A stretch of 64,000 nt of DNA from Ophelia neglecta (taxonomy: Eukaryota), in contig OZ260664.1 of NCBI GenBank assembly GCA_965285935.1, forward strand, positions 53,506,001-53,570,000, given 5' to 3'. Each line of letters begins with the position of its first letter. The first letter of the stretch is position 1. Shown one piece after another: positions 29,471-43,400 of this stretch. The position numbers and the translations under genes were made by a program. The notes beneath the pieces were generated by a model. It saw only the letters and a program-made list of their open reading frames with translations, was not told where the DNA came from and ran no database searches.

Positions 29471-31636
29471 AAATCACTTGCTCTAGGAGAGTCTATTATT
29501 TACTAAGCTCTCTCTCTTACTTGTGGACTGTGGATGATTTTTTTTCGAAAAAATTAAGACCAAACAAAATCGAATAAGGTCCTTTGCATACTAGGCCTAA
29601 TAGAGCATCGATTGAGCAGAAATATGGTTACTATGTAAAGTGAACTAACTACGCTTTATTGTGACTGGACTTGTGCATCTGCATCACGGGCATACCATGT
29701 TATATCAGAATAAAGCAGATGCATATGGTCCTTAGTCATTGGGTGTCCGGAATAGATCCCTCAAAGCTATTCCACTCTTTTCCCGCGTAGCTGTTTAACC
29801 AATGGTAACTATACCTTCACATGAATAGTCTAAAAGATGGTCATCGATTGTACTTTTACCCTCCTCAATCGTCTATAGGAGTGTCCAAGTCCAAAAGGAT
29901 TGTGTTATACATACACAGGTTGGTGGAATATTAATCTGTGTTTTTGGTAATTGCTCATATTTTGCTAAAACCTGACAGAATCGCTAATGATTTGATGGAG
30001 GCCATAGTATCGAAGTAAAAGACCCCAAACTATGTCGTATTTCTGCATTTATTAGCTTTTCCCATGGATCTGCATGCTTGTCGCTCAATCATGGCCCAAT
30101 CCTTGGTATGCTTTGCATATGGCTGTTTCCCTAGCTGCTTATAAAGTTAATAATTAATGTTGGGCATTGCCTCTGCAACGACACTGCCATCATCTATGCC
30201 CCCTGGCCCGCAAATGACCCCGACAAGGAGTCTGCCAAGGGTGCCGTCAATTCATTGCTCTGGTCCAAGGTCCGAAATGCAATAGGGCCAAATTATCAGG
30301 GTTCTGGCAAATGTTCGCGGTTCGTCCCAGGGCTTTTTCAACGACTCGACTAAGCCCCATAAATGGCTCCTCTAGGTGTTTTGCCAACCGTTCTGACAAA
30401 TTTGAAAACGGCTCTAACAATGGTTATGCCGATAACTGTGCTAATCGCACTACTTATAGCAAAACACCAGGCCCTGCGTGTGGTTTCTTCCAATTGCCCG
30501 GCTGATAACCATACCTAAAGTTAGCGCTGAAATTGGCCAAGGTCTGCTAATGGCTCTTCTTAAACCATGCCAATGACCGCAAACCATGCCAATGACCCCG
30601 TGGCTTGTTTATGTAAAGCATGAGGAGCACAGTGTAATTGTGGCACGCTGGCAAAGCATTAGAAATAGCTAGAAAGAAGAAAACTCTGGATTCAAATAGA
30701 AGAAATGAATTCGCACACCGCCCCAATTTTCTATTTTCCATTTTCTTGCCTTACCCATGAGGACTTTTTAGTTTAAATACAGGTAATTTTTAGCAGAATA
30801 ATTAAACAAATTTCATTTTAAATTTCAAAAAAGTAAATTTGGTGCGATTCTTAAAAACATTCTATCTGTATTTCCTGTAATTTTCATGTCAACTGAACCG
30901 CTCGTTTCGGTTCTATCAGTGCAAAAAATACGCAAGGGTTTAAAACCGTTTTACCCATGACTACCCATGACTCTTAGGGCTCTGCATATAACCCAGCCTT
31001 CGGCAGTGCTAAATGCATCACCAATTTTCGTTCTGCAAAATGATCCCCGTAATTGCAATGAAAACGGTTCATCAAATGTATTATTACAATTTCCTATCAA
31101 AGAGGTGTCCCCCTACAACACCAATTGCACTGCTTGGCAAAATACGAATAACTTTACTGTATAGGCGTGCTAATATCGAGGCATAAAGTATGGCATATTG
31201 TAATAAATGATACGAGATGAAAATACGATATGAACTGATTCAAAACTCTAAGTTAAAGTTGGGTTGTGACGGATCAGGGATGGCGTTTTGATTACAATAT
31301 AATAGAAACATATTTCAATACACAACCCTATCTCAAACTTTATCTACATAATATTAGGTACGTTTTAAATACCTCGTATGTCGCATCTATGTATCGTATG
31401 TGGAACTTTGTATGGGGTTTACAGTATGCCCATTGCATATGACTGCTTTGTTTAATTGTGTGCTCGATTTTCCATTTGTACAATATAAAACATTCGGTTT
31501 GCTATTTTTATTGAATAAAATTCAGTATTTTGATGTCAACCTGAAAAAAAAAGACAAAATAACACCAGCGCAAAATTGGTTTCCGGTTCCAAATTTGTCT
31601 AATTTATCCACACGAATGGGCGTGAAATTGGTGTTA

Positions 31637-33727
31637 CAGTGACAACTATAGCTTGTTGCCGGTCAAACTGCAGCTAGCCGCACTTTGGCCTTCACTTAGC
31701 GGCAGATTGGCCTTCACCGAGCCGCACCCCGAGCTTCACCCACACTCAGTTTCAGCCGCAGGTCACACTCACTTCAGCCGCACCGTCAGCCGCACCTGTC
31801 AGCCGCACCTCTAACCGCACTTATTGACAGCTTCATAGACGAACGGCAGCCTGCTCTGAACCGCTGTTAGCAAGTTAAGTGGCTTACCCGACAACCAATG
31901 GTACATACACGGAGCATTCACACTTGCTATTAGATGGGAAAGCACCTTTTTGAACACTAACAGGAGATCAAATTAAATCGAATGCGTCTTTATCAAAAAT
32001 ACACAAGCAATGATCTACAGAAGTATTTATACCGAGGTCGGCCATTACAACCAGCGGGCCATGTACAGTGTGGGGAAAAAACCAAGTCTATAAATAAAGT
32101 GTTGAATACTGTTCATCGCAATCACAATCAATGCTTATTTGGTACCAATGGTACATACACGGAGCATTCACACTTGCTATTAGATGGGAAAGCACCTTTT
32201 TGAACACTAACAGGAGATCAAATTAAATCGAATGCGTCTTTATCAAAAATACACAAGCAATGATCTCCAGAAATATTTATACCGAGGTCGGCCATTACAA
32301 CCAGCGGGCCATGTACAGTGTGGGGGAAAACCAAGTCTATAAATAAAGTGTTGAATACTGTTCATCGCAATCACAATCTAGCTTATTTGGTACCAATGGT
32401 ACATACACGGAGCATTCACACTTGCTATTACATGGGAAAGCGCCTTTTTGAACACTAAGAAGAGGTCAAATTATATTTGATGTTTGTTCACCTTTATTTT
32501 AATAATTGTCAGATTAATATCAGGAACAATTGTGTATATATTGGCAATGGCAGTGTGTGCTATATAATAAAATATACATAAGTAATTATTCGCCTTTTTT
32601 GTATATAGTAAACTGTACAAACAGTGTTCAAATTATTTATTTGTACGAGACAAACAATTAAAACATTAGAAAAGGAATACACATTTTTAGCCCATCGAGC
32701 CTTTAAATCGCGACTTACATGTCACGAGTCCAGCAACTTAACCGTTACGCTATCGCGGCTTATGGCGGTCACAGGGGCTTGTGTCAACATACCTATCATT
32801 GTTAACTTTATCGTCGGACTATTGTGTAATCTTTGAGTACATCATAGTTAATTGATTGCTACACTGCATGGAAACAAATATCCGTACCATTGTAATATTT
32901 ATAAATCTTTGTGTATGTACATATTTAGAGGCCATCTATAACTGACTTATCGCGTTTAGAAATTGAGAAAACGAGAGGAAAAGTGGCTTAATCATTCATT
33001 ATAAAACCGTCTGTACTGCCCGCCTTTATTGCCCGGAGATTCAAGTCTACAAAATGTCAAACCTACCTAAATATAGGTAAAGACAGAGCTAGCCATATCT
33101 AGCTAGAGTTATCGTACATTATATAATCTTTGCACACACTGACATGGCAACAGTGACGAGTCCCGGCTTGTGACGTCAACGGCTGCGAAATACTACCAGG
33201 CCAGTTGAAGGCGGCATCTCTTTGATCTTTTGTGAGCAGTTCGACTGACACGTGCGCTTTGGATATCAGGTTTCAACTAGCGATCGTTAACACTATATTA
33301 TCTGAATGCAACACAACTAGGCGGTGTGAAATGGCAAAGGGGAATACTTTTTTCATATGGTATAGCTAATGAATAAAATTGTTCATGCTAGGAACTGTCA
33401 AGACTATATTTGATGACTTCTTAAGATAAAACTGGTCTGTTTTTAATTAGCTAGTTTCCCCGTCAATTTATGATGTGAAAGATACATGGGTGCAGTATTA
33501 AGCCGCAGCCGTAGAATTAACCGGGGCTTCCACTCGCACTGGCACCTTGCAGTTGCTGGCGGTCTAACTGCAGCGCCAGCCGCACCTCCAACCGCACCTG
33601 AACTTCACTTCAACCGCAGGTAGCTTCCCCTCCAGCCGCACCTGTTGTCACTGTCAGCCGCACCTAGCCACACTTTGAGGTGCGGTTTCACACGCACGTG
33701 GCCGGCAACAAGCTATAGTTGTCACTG
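31637..33727. mobile_element. Non-autonomous DNA transposon with 26-bp TIRs and TA target duplication (Tc1/mariner/pogo-like termini)
   Basis: TA|CAGTGACAACTATAGCTTGTTGCCGG (31637-31662) is the perfect reverse complement of CCGGCAACAAGCTATAGTTGTCACTG|TA (33702-33727). Many subterminal AGCCGCAC motifs; no transposase ORF. Confidence 0.88.
31894..32473. repeat. ~250-bp tandem repeat, ~2.3 copies, inside the TIR element
   Basis: ACCAATGGTACATACACGGAGCATTCACAC... starts at 31894, 32144 and 32392; copies are near-identical. Confidence 0.95.
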
Positions 33728-36700
33728 TAGATCTTAGATGTATGCTCCACTTTTACATTCAACGAATTCAGAGCTGGTGTCAGGTTCCAGTTTGTTTTTT
33801 AACCCAATGTTTGTCCAATAGGATATGGGTCCCGGGATTCACAACCATATCCTCGCTCAGCTCCAAATTATATCTAAGCTCCACATTTAAATCTCTAGAC
33901 CAGATTTACATTTCCACACTAGATTCAAACCTCTGCGACATAGTTTAGTGAATCTACTAGGTAAATAAAGTGTACTTATAGTTTAGTTGTTAGACGATAT
34001 TAATTATTAAAAAATGAATTTAAACAATATAACATTAAGAAATAATCAAATACCTGTATCCATGTCTATATCAATTGGTGTCACGAGAACTACTAACACT
34101 AGTAGCTGGTTATCCGTTACACTCAACCGGATGATTACCAACCACCATTTCCCTCCGCCTTAAGATTCCTACGCCACTAAATCAATTATTCTCAGCGTTT
34201 CTCGCCGCTTAACAATAGCCCGTCGCCTGAAAAAGAAAGGGAATAGATATGTTTAAACAAAACTATAAAAAGAAGTTGGTTTATGGTTCCTTTAATGAAG
34301 TGTCAGTCAAACATGTAGCTATCCATTTATGCTAATCCTTACGGTTATCCCTCTTTCTAAATCCAGTAGTGGACAGTTACTGTTATTATTTTAACCTATT
34401 CTTAAGATAAATGACTAAACAAATTATTCTCAACAAGGGGCTGCAAGGGAAGACTTGCTTAAATGATATTGTCCAAAGCTGATCCCATGGCAGGTGTATT
34501 AGAAATAGCTCGAGTAGAAACTCAGGATCGAGGCTCCAGGACAAGGATTGATTAAACACGTCAGAATGGACGTTCTCATCAGGTAAGTTATATTTTCCAA
34601 TTACTAGCCTGTCTCTGTTAGAGTTTTTATTGCGTACATAAAAAAAGTAATGCCCGCTAAAGAGCGGAAACAATCAAGGTACATCACAAACTGTCTTTCC
34701 GTTTGCGCACAGCCCTAATTACACTTAAAGTCAACGACAATAGCTTTATTATTGCCTACGGGTTTTACAAACCAAATATGTGATATACCTGTAGATTCAG
34801 TTCATTTGGTGATTTTTATTTATTCAATGAATAATGACTTATAAACCGTCGGAGGATTACATTCCAGGCTGTGTTCGGTACATCTTATTGATTTGTGTGT
34901 CTGTTCTTGTGTTTATACGCTATTTTATTAGACTTTATATGATAATTATACATATATTTTATTAGACTCTTATATATAATTATACGCCAAATGTTTATCA
35001 TTTCCTAATCACTGGTTTGATTTTACTTGCGTTATATTTAACAAAGTCCACTTTGTTTCTGATTGAAAGTTCGATATTGGTTACTAGTCGAGTCAATTTA
35101 GTTGCTGGGTCCCAGTCCAACATACATAATTTTTTTCTATATCTACGCCAAGTTAGGCCTATTCAAGTTTAATATTCTAGATTTTAAATAAAATGCCAAT
35201 TCCGTTCGTATTTCCTCGTCTGATATTAGTTTAGTATATGTCGTGATGGCTATATAAATCTACCCTTTGAAAGATGCGTAGTAGTATGAACTGCTACCTT
35301 ATTCTAGAGTCACAGTGTGCGAATATATCCGTGTATACTGCTCACTTCGAAGAAATAATGGTATTTGAAGCCTAAATTTATTGTTTCAAAACTTCTCTAG
35401 GCTATACCTCCCCAACAAACGTCAAAATGTTTGCCCTGAACAGCATGCTTATTGGACGTGATATGGACCCTTGTCTGTAAATCCTATTGGTAATTCAAGA
35501 TCAAATTGAGACGATTGGTAGTCTATATCTATAACAGTATTGTATTTTGACCTTGACCTCCTTATGAAAGTCAAAATTTGACGGCGAAACCGTTGGTGGA
35601 TTCTAAATGATTAACGGTGCAAGATATGTGATCGAATTCATCCACTACTAGTAATAAGTCATAGCAAGCAATCCATTGGCAGTCTTAAATTTGAACTGAA
35701 CTTGGTATCACGTTCAAGGTCAAATGGTGATTACGGGTGTGATATTCTTCACTATGTGTTCTGATGTATTTTGTAGGTACGAAGAAAGAAGACACGTGTT
35801 CCTCCTCAGCGATGGATCGGTATTTGTTAATGTCTTCACACGCAATGTACAATTGTAATAAGGCAAGGAAATGCAAGTAGTACGATCAAGTGGTACGAAT
35901 TTACTGTGCATGTAACTACTCTCTGCTTTTACTACTTTCAAGATCTCTATTTTTAAAAATTCCAAATGTGGGAGGGGGAAGTTACTTCCCATATTTTAGG
36001 GTAGGGTACAGCCCTCACCTTTGAAAAAGAGGGTCATTCTGATTGAAAACCCTTAAATATTATCCAAATTATAGTTATTTTTCAAAAAAAAAAAAACTTT
36101 AGATTGAAATACAATTATCAGAAAAGCAAACCATAATGTGAACGGCAGCTTTACATTTACCGGTTGCTACTTTTTACAATCTCAAACTATGGTCTATATT
36201 ATATATCAAGGGAAAATCATATCTTTTTGACAGACCTAAAAATGTGATGACCCTTTGAATAGGATAATTGTAAAAAAAAAAGGACGCATTTGATAGCATC
36301 CGGATTATGAAAAGGGGTTTTGTAGACCTTCGCCAATTTATTTGCACATGAAGTTTAAGCCAAAATATTATCTCTTTATTTATTAGATTTAAGCTACGAA
36401 TTTTCTGAAAAAACGTGACTTGTAAACCTTAGTCATAACATAGATAGGCCTATAGAGAATAGATTATACATATATATGGTCTCAGTGACAAACTATCATT
36501 TTGCCATTTTTCCGCCGCAGTCAAATGAGGACAACTAGATTTGCTTAGCTAAATTAGTTTAAGTGTAAACGGGATTTTAAGTCGTTCGAGAAAAAACACA
36601 TCGGACATTGGTCTGTTTGACTAAGGCATTATTAGTCACAAGCCTATTTAATAGACAGTTAGAGTGGTGCATTTTGATTTCGGGTGTGCTTTATTCTCAT

Positions 36701-37149
36701 TTGGAACCTTTAACCCTAAGAATGGAATATTGATCGAAGACTAGGAAAGTGAGAATGACAAAAGGTGATTTTGAGAATTGAGAATGTGATATATGATGTA
36801 CTGAGCATGAACGTACCAAACTGGATACACATTTCATTTCAAATTTTATTTGGCCTAATTTATGTACTAGTGCTTCCAACATATAATAGTAAATAGAAAC
36901 TGCGTGTCTATACGTTGTTACAACAGGAACATTTGTCTAATCAATTGCTTTAAAAAATATTAATTTTTCTAAACCTTTTCTTAGATTAATAAAATCCAAT
37001 TAGGCCTATTAGGTTGAAATAGCCTACAATTAAGATTTAAAACTAGCGTGTACCTAGACCCACAAGATCGTATTGATTATATTGATTAACACCTCTCCAT
37101 ATGCGCCAATGCTTTACATGTATTTACCCCTGCAACCTCTGGAGATACC

Positions 37150-37436
37150 TCTGCAGTTTAGCGCGTACGTACTTCTAACCTATATTCGCTATCCGCCGAT
37201 GCGCAGTCCGTAACTCCGAGAAACGGTTTTTCCATACCATCCGGGTACCGGACCTAGCGGCTTGGAAGCCATATTGGAAATGCGGTAGAGGGTGATCGCA
37301 TGTGATTGAGATTTAATTTCAACTGTAGGACCTGAATAAATGTCGTTTTGTTAGTTCTTATTTCTGGCGATTCCGTAGCCGAAGATATATTTTTATTGTA
37401 ATAGGCCTTCGCTGCCATCAAATTGAAATTGTCATC
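37150..37436 (+). promoter_or_regulatory. Putative CSTF3 core promoter / 5' UTR, possibly bidirectional
   Basis: Local CpG enrichment (GCGCGTACGT, TGCGCA, CCGGGTACCGG) immediately upstream of the ATG in an AT-rich background. The TSS cannot be determined. Confidence 0.5.
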
Positions 37437-40400
37437 ATGGCAGCAACGCAATCGTCGGAACTACCACCAGAGGTGAGCTCATTATTATCACTAGATCAGA
37501 TATTAAATGGTAACAACCAGCTGAGCCCCGGTTTCTTTAGTATTTAGTATCACAGATATTCACTAGTCGAATACAAAAGCCCATATATACTTCGTAGCTG
37601 GATTGCCCCCCCCCCCCTCCCTCCCCCCATGGGCCATCATCTGATCTCGAAAACCTGTCACGAGTAGTTTATCACCTCCACTAATTAAAAAGAATTACAG
37701 CCCTATTTTATAAATCTAATATTTTATGTACTACCACATACTAAATAGTAAATGCTTTATATTAGTTGTATCAAAAGCAGAATAGTAGCCTATAAGATAG
37801 TACAGAAAATATATGTATAAGGAAAAAAATGGGACTTACTTAATTTTTAAGTGGTGGAAGTGATAAAAAATCGTTTGAAAGCTTTCTATGACCAAAATAT
37901 GATATATTATGGAAGCTTTTTACAGATGCTATGGTATTCAACTGTTTTATAAATTTTTCATAATCATATATTATATAATGCTGTCAATTCTCTTCTAGCT
38001 GCCCAGGTTGTCTCTGTGAGCGATTGATTGGTTCATCGTGGATCATGGAATGACATATTATTTATTAAACTGTTCTCTTTTGTTGTTAATTATGCAGCCT
38101 TGTTTAATTACATTTTTTTATAGAATATTTAGCATTAGTTGCGATAAAAGGCTAAAAGATATAAAATCCTACATTTTATTATTCACCCCTAAATTGGGTC
38201 AAATTTCAATTTAAATCAAATTTGGAAACTTAGAATTGAATGTGTAGTTGTGCTTGTGATTTTAGAATTCAACCAAATAAAAAAGTCAAGTTTTACAGAA
38301 TGTTATGATTTTTTGTTACCATGAAAACCTAATGAGAATGGCGGTTATGCATATATATACTGCCCAACAAGTCAACACTGTCAGTATCACTACAACAAGT
38401 TCTTAATTGAATAATAGAACATAGACTGGGTTTGTCAATACTACAGCGTCGACATTAGTGGTTGGATTGCCTGACTGCCAGGGGCAAGGAAAAATTTAAG
38501 TTGGGCAAGTGAATAACAGCTTCAGTTACATACATGTGTAATATGTCAGCAATGCCCTAACATTAAGTTATGGGCAAGTAGTTTTTAAAAGATATGTCAG
38601 GCCCTGCATTATTAACTGGTATGATGTCTACTGCACTGAGCAGTTCAAATCTGACCAAATTATGTCCATTCATGTGCCAAAACTGAACTTATCATTTCCC
38701 CCAAGGTTTACGTACCGGTAATATCATTTCCCAACTTTTGCATACCAGTCAGTTATTTCAAAGAACATGGGCATAGTTCTCAATTATGCAAGTTTTTTTT
38801 TAAATGAAAAATTTCAGTTTGGAACAAATTTTGTTCATTGCACCAAACTGCAGGCAAAGTATGGTGTTCTCTTTATTGTGCAAGAAGTACCATGTATTCC
38901 AAAGAATTAACAGGCGTCCTGGCCAAATTACATTGATCGATTCACCATCTAAATAAATATATGGAAACAAGCAGTGAAAGCGGTGATTAGTATATGTTTC
39001 TTGTTAGCAAAGCTCATCTTCTGCAGAAGCTTCGAGAATTGGAGGAATGGCATGCTTCAGGTTTCTTTCACTTTTGCCTATGTTAAATCTGTACATACTG
39101 TTTTATTTAAAAGTAAATCAATAAAGTTGAAAAATTGACAGTTTTGGTTTTGATTTGTTGTACATAGGAAGTTGGTTACATACCTGACAAAGTAGTCAAA
39201 GCAGAGAGGAGAATTGCAAATCAACCCTATGACACAGAAGCATGGAGTGTGCTCATCAGAGATGCCCAGGTATTTGGAATATTACTGTAACAGTAAAAAT
39301 GTTCGCGTGATTTTAATTTGCAAATTTTGAGTAAAAGCACACGGTCGAAAAATTGTATTCACAAAAATTTTATTCTCATTTATATTTACTGCCTACCTAT
39401 ATTTTGGTGTGAACTTCAAATCAGACATTGTCTTATTTGGTAAAAACGCAAACGTTCTTCCCAAAACAATATACGATAGGCTTATATGAAAAACATGATT
39501 ATATGATTTTGAAAGTAAATACAAAATTTTAATTGATCTTGTTACTCTAAGCATTTATATGTTGACAAAAAGTAATAAGAAGTTTAGTGACTGGACTTGT
39601 TGCTTTGTATGCAAAATCTATCTATGCACATATAAAATAACTGAACTGTTCTGTCGCTGCATTTACAGGGGAAATTAATTGTATGTCACTTTTCGTTTTG
39701 CAGATGAAGGATATTGAAGATGCACGATCAGTCTACGAGAGGCTTGTGAGTCAGTTCCCAAACGCAGGACGCTACTGGAAGATCTACATTGAACATGAGG
39801 TTTTACAATTTTGTTTTATGTTAGGTGACAGTAATTAAATAGATACTTGGGAGCATGATTGTGTAGGGAATAAATTTATTTTGTGGTTTGAAGAAGAAAA
39901 TCATCTAAATTCAGAAAACCCTACAATCAAGTTAACAAGTATTTTCAAAAATAAAATTAGCTGAATTGCATCAGAAGTTTTAAGTGATAGTAGACCTACC
40001 ATATTCCTTTCATAAATGGCCTAGAATCTAAATGCACTTTTTACTTAGAATTGCTAAGTTCAAGTTGTATTTTGTAATATATTTTGTAATGTTCTTGCCA
40101 TAATTATCAAATCACAAATAATGAGCACAAGTTTTCTGTTGGTTTCTATGAAATGTACTTTGAAAACTTGTGTAAGGTGTTTCATATATAAACACCAATT
40201 TACAAAGATCTGACTTTGTTGCCTTTTTGATTGTGTTGGTGTTTTTCATCTGTGTTTGTGTTATTTGATTCTACAAAAAACAGTGTACATGTACGAGGTC
40301 AACGCATTAGTTTACTACAGTAAATATATGCATTAAATTGATATGGTTAACACACCCCCCACCCCACCCCCAGTCCAAAAGCTATCATGGTATTGTGGTG

Positions 40401-43400
40401 TTTATATAAGAGGATTATAATGACATAAACCTTTCAAGCATTGTTTACTTAATTAATACATTTATTTGACAGGGTTTAAATGGTTAGATGACTTTTTTTG
40501 CTACACTTTTCAACACTGCCAATTGTAACACACTTTTAGGTCAGGTCAAAGATTACTGGAAATACTGAATTTCTGCAATGGAATTAAAACATGCTATTCT
40601 TTAATGGAGCATATTCATCTAGTGCGATTTATTGGGGATATGAAAATCAAAGTTTGGTGTAGGGCTTCATTCCAATATGCAAGAAACAGAATACAGAAAT
40701 GGTAAAAATGTTTGTGCAGGATAAAATTAATGCACAAATTGAAACTACACTACTTTTTAATTTCTTGGCGAGAGATCTGTAGGATCTACATGCATATAGC
40801 TATGTACATGGTAATAAGATATTCACATTTCTAATCTTATCCTTTTTTTTTTTGCACATTTATCCCATTTTTACCATTACAACTTTTGTGTACACTGTGA
40901 ATACAAGTGTGAATGGGTATTTTGAATGCACACCAAAAATGTCCTGATAGAGTGATTTGTATGAATATGAGCTGCCTGTCTGAACGTGTGCATGAGTCTA
41001 TTTTACGCTTAGCATATTTTTGCCTTATCACCATATTGTTTATTCCTTGAGAAACAAATTCATGTAGAACTGGGATGATGGCCCCATGTTACAATCAACC
41101 AATGGACATTATTGGTTTTCATTGAATCACAGTAAATAGAGTAAGGTACCCACATACCTTTGTTGAATGATAAAAAAAACCATTGTCATTTTTTTTCCAT
41201 TTTTAGAATATGCCAAAATCAGAACTTGGGCTTGTTTCTAAGCTGCCTTTGAACATATATAGATGCATCGCAGTAGAAATTTTAAGTAATCAATGAATTA
41301 CTTTGTAGTTCAACTTTTTAACATGACACTTAGATCTTGGATTACTAATGAGATGCTTTAGAAATGTAAGTGCTGTGAATTCAGTAGTGTTTCCAGATTT
41401 GACTTCGACCTACAAGGCCAAGGTTAAAATAACTGAAATCGTGATTTTGGCCATAATTATAAGAAAAAGAAGCTAGAATAACATTGGAAGCACACAGTAT
41501 ACAACATCTTGAACATCGTATTGGGTTCTCAAATCCCATCTTAGTGTGAATTTTCAGTATTTTACACATGTGCATGTGTTCACTGACATTGGAATAGATT
41601 AGTATAGCTCTAGATTCTCAGTGTTTGGCAAAAGGTTAAGCATGGACATGCACATACCAGAGAACAATCAGCTAGCTCTATAGCATCATACAAAACACTG
41701 AAACTGAAACAGTCTCACTTCCCTTTTTTGATTGTGTATACTGATATATACTTCTAGGCAATGGAACCTGCCATTACTTTAACACTGTAAAGCCCTATAA
41801 TCTTGTTGTCCTTAATGTTTGCAGTGTTGGAACACAAATAGTTTTGCTATGCTAGTTTTTTTCTTTGTACTATTATCGGTGAAAGTCTACTATTATATTC
41901 ATGTAGGGTTTTGATGTGTATCCAATCCATCAGCCTACGACAGCCACCTACAAAGTGAATTCTCCTATGTGAATTATCATCTTTTAAGTTTTAACATGTT
42001 AATTCTTTATGTGATGACAAAGTGGACACCACTTTGATTCCATTCAAACAATTCTACTACTGTTGGCCAGGTGCCACGGGTAGCGAAATGTCACACGCTA
42101 GGCCAGGGGTAGCTAAGTCACATCCTAGGCCAGGGGTAGCTAAATGTCACATGCTAGGCCAGGGGTAGCTAAATGTCACATCATAGGCCAGGGGTAGCTA
42201 AATGTCACATCATAGGCCAGGGGTAGCTAAATGTCACATCATAGGCCAGGGGTAGCTGTATGTCACACCATAGGCCAGGTGCCAGGGGTAGCTAAATGAG
42301 TTATGGTTCACACTGACACCTCATTGTAATACTAGTATAAAAAAAAAACACAAACTACCACCCAGGTAAAACTACCCAGGTATAAAATAAGTTTACTTTG
42401 ACTCTTGTATGTTTTTGGGAAAAAAAGCTGAAGATATCAGGAAAGATTTATAGACTTTATCCATCCTACTGAGCTTATAGGGGCAAAAACTAAGCTTGAG
42501 GGACACACCAAGGTTGAATAAATCATAATACTTTTCTATTTAATTCCATTATTATTTTGTAAAATTTAGTTTAACTGGAACATGCAAAAAATGCCATGCC
42601 AAAATGTTCACAACATTGCTACTAATTGTTCCCATAACTCAAGTTGCCATTATAAGAAGATTTTCTTGCACCCTATTCTGATAGATCTACAGGGTAGCAA
42701 GCTATCTATGGACAAACCATACCTGCATTTATCTGATCACTTGTATGCTTATGTTTCCTCTTGGAGGAAGCAAGGCACACTGGGTAATTAACCCTACACT
42801 AATGACAGTATAATCAATGGGCTGGTAATAAGCTGGATACCAGTTTCTGGCTGTATGATCAGGCTTGTTCTGAAGTTGTTGGCTTAACTCTGTGACAGAG
42901 ACACAGGGGGGTAAATTAGGGTGACAAGTAGGCTTATCTGTGTGGGATACATGCAGTTGTGAGGAATCAACCCTATTTCTTGAATTTCATTTGGTGGCAT
43001 GGCGAATAAAATATTGTACGCATCTTACATAAATATACATGCCTAACATTTCTGACCCCAGTATATCAATATAATTGATATTTGCAATACTCCAATAGCT
43101 TTATAAAGTTTTTAGTAATACAGTGTTATGTTAAAGTAGTAAAATCATTACAAACTCAACTGAACACTAGTGCTGCCATCTCTTGAATGAATTTTTGTTT
43201 GGTTTGTCTTCACTACTGTCAAAGGAGGTGTTACAGCAAAACAAGGCTTAAAAAGGCACTAGGTTTGTGTCTGATTTAACCTTTATGGATGATGATGCTG
43301 CAGGTGGGCGGTTTTTATTATTTTTCATTTTCACTTTTTTTTTTTTTAAGTAATCTTTTTTTTGTGCACTAATATAATTCAGGGCATTCTCCCAATTTTA

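Noticed and set aside
473-37451. Short ORFs of 60-119 aa in the ORF track
   Set aside because: No recognisable domains or codon bias; many use non-ATG starts and are expected by chance in AT-rich non-coding DNA.
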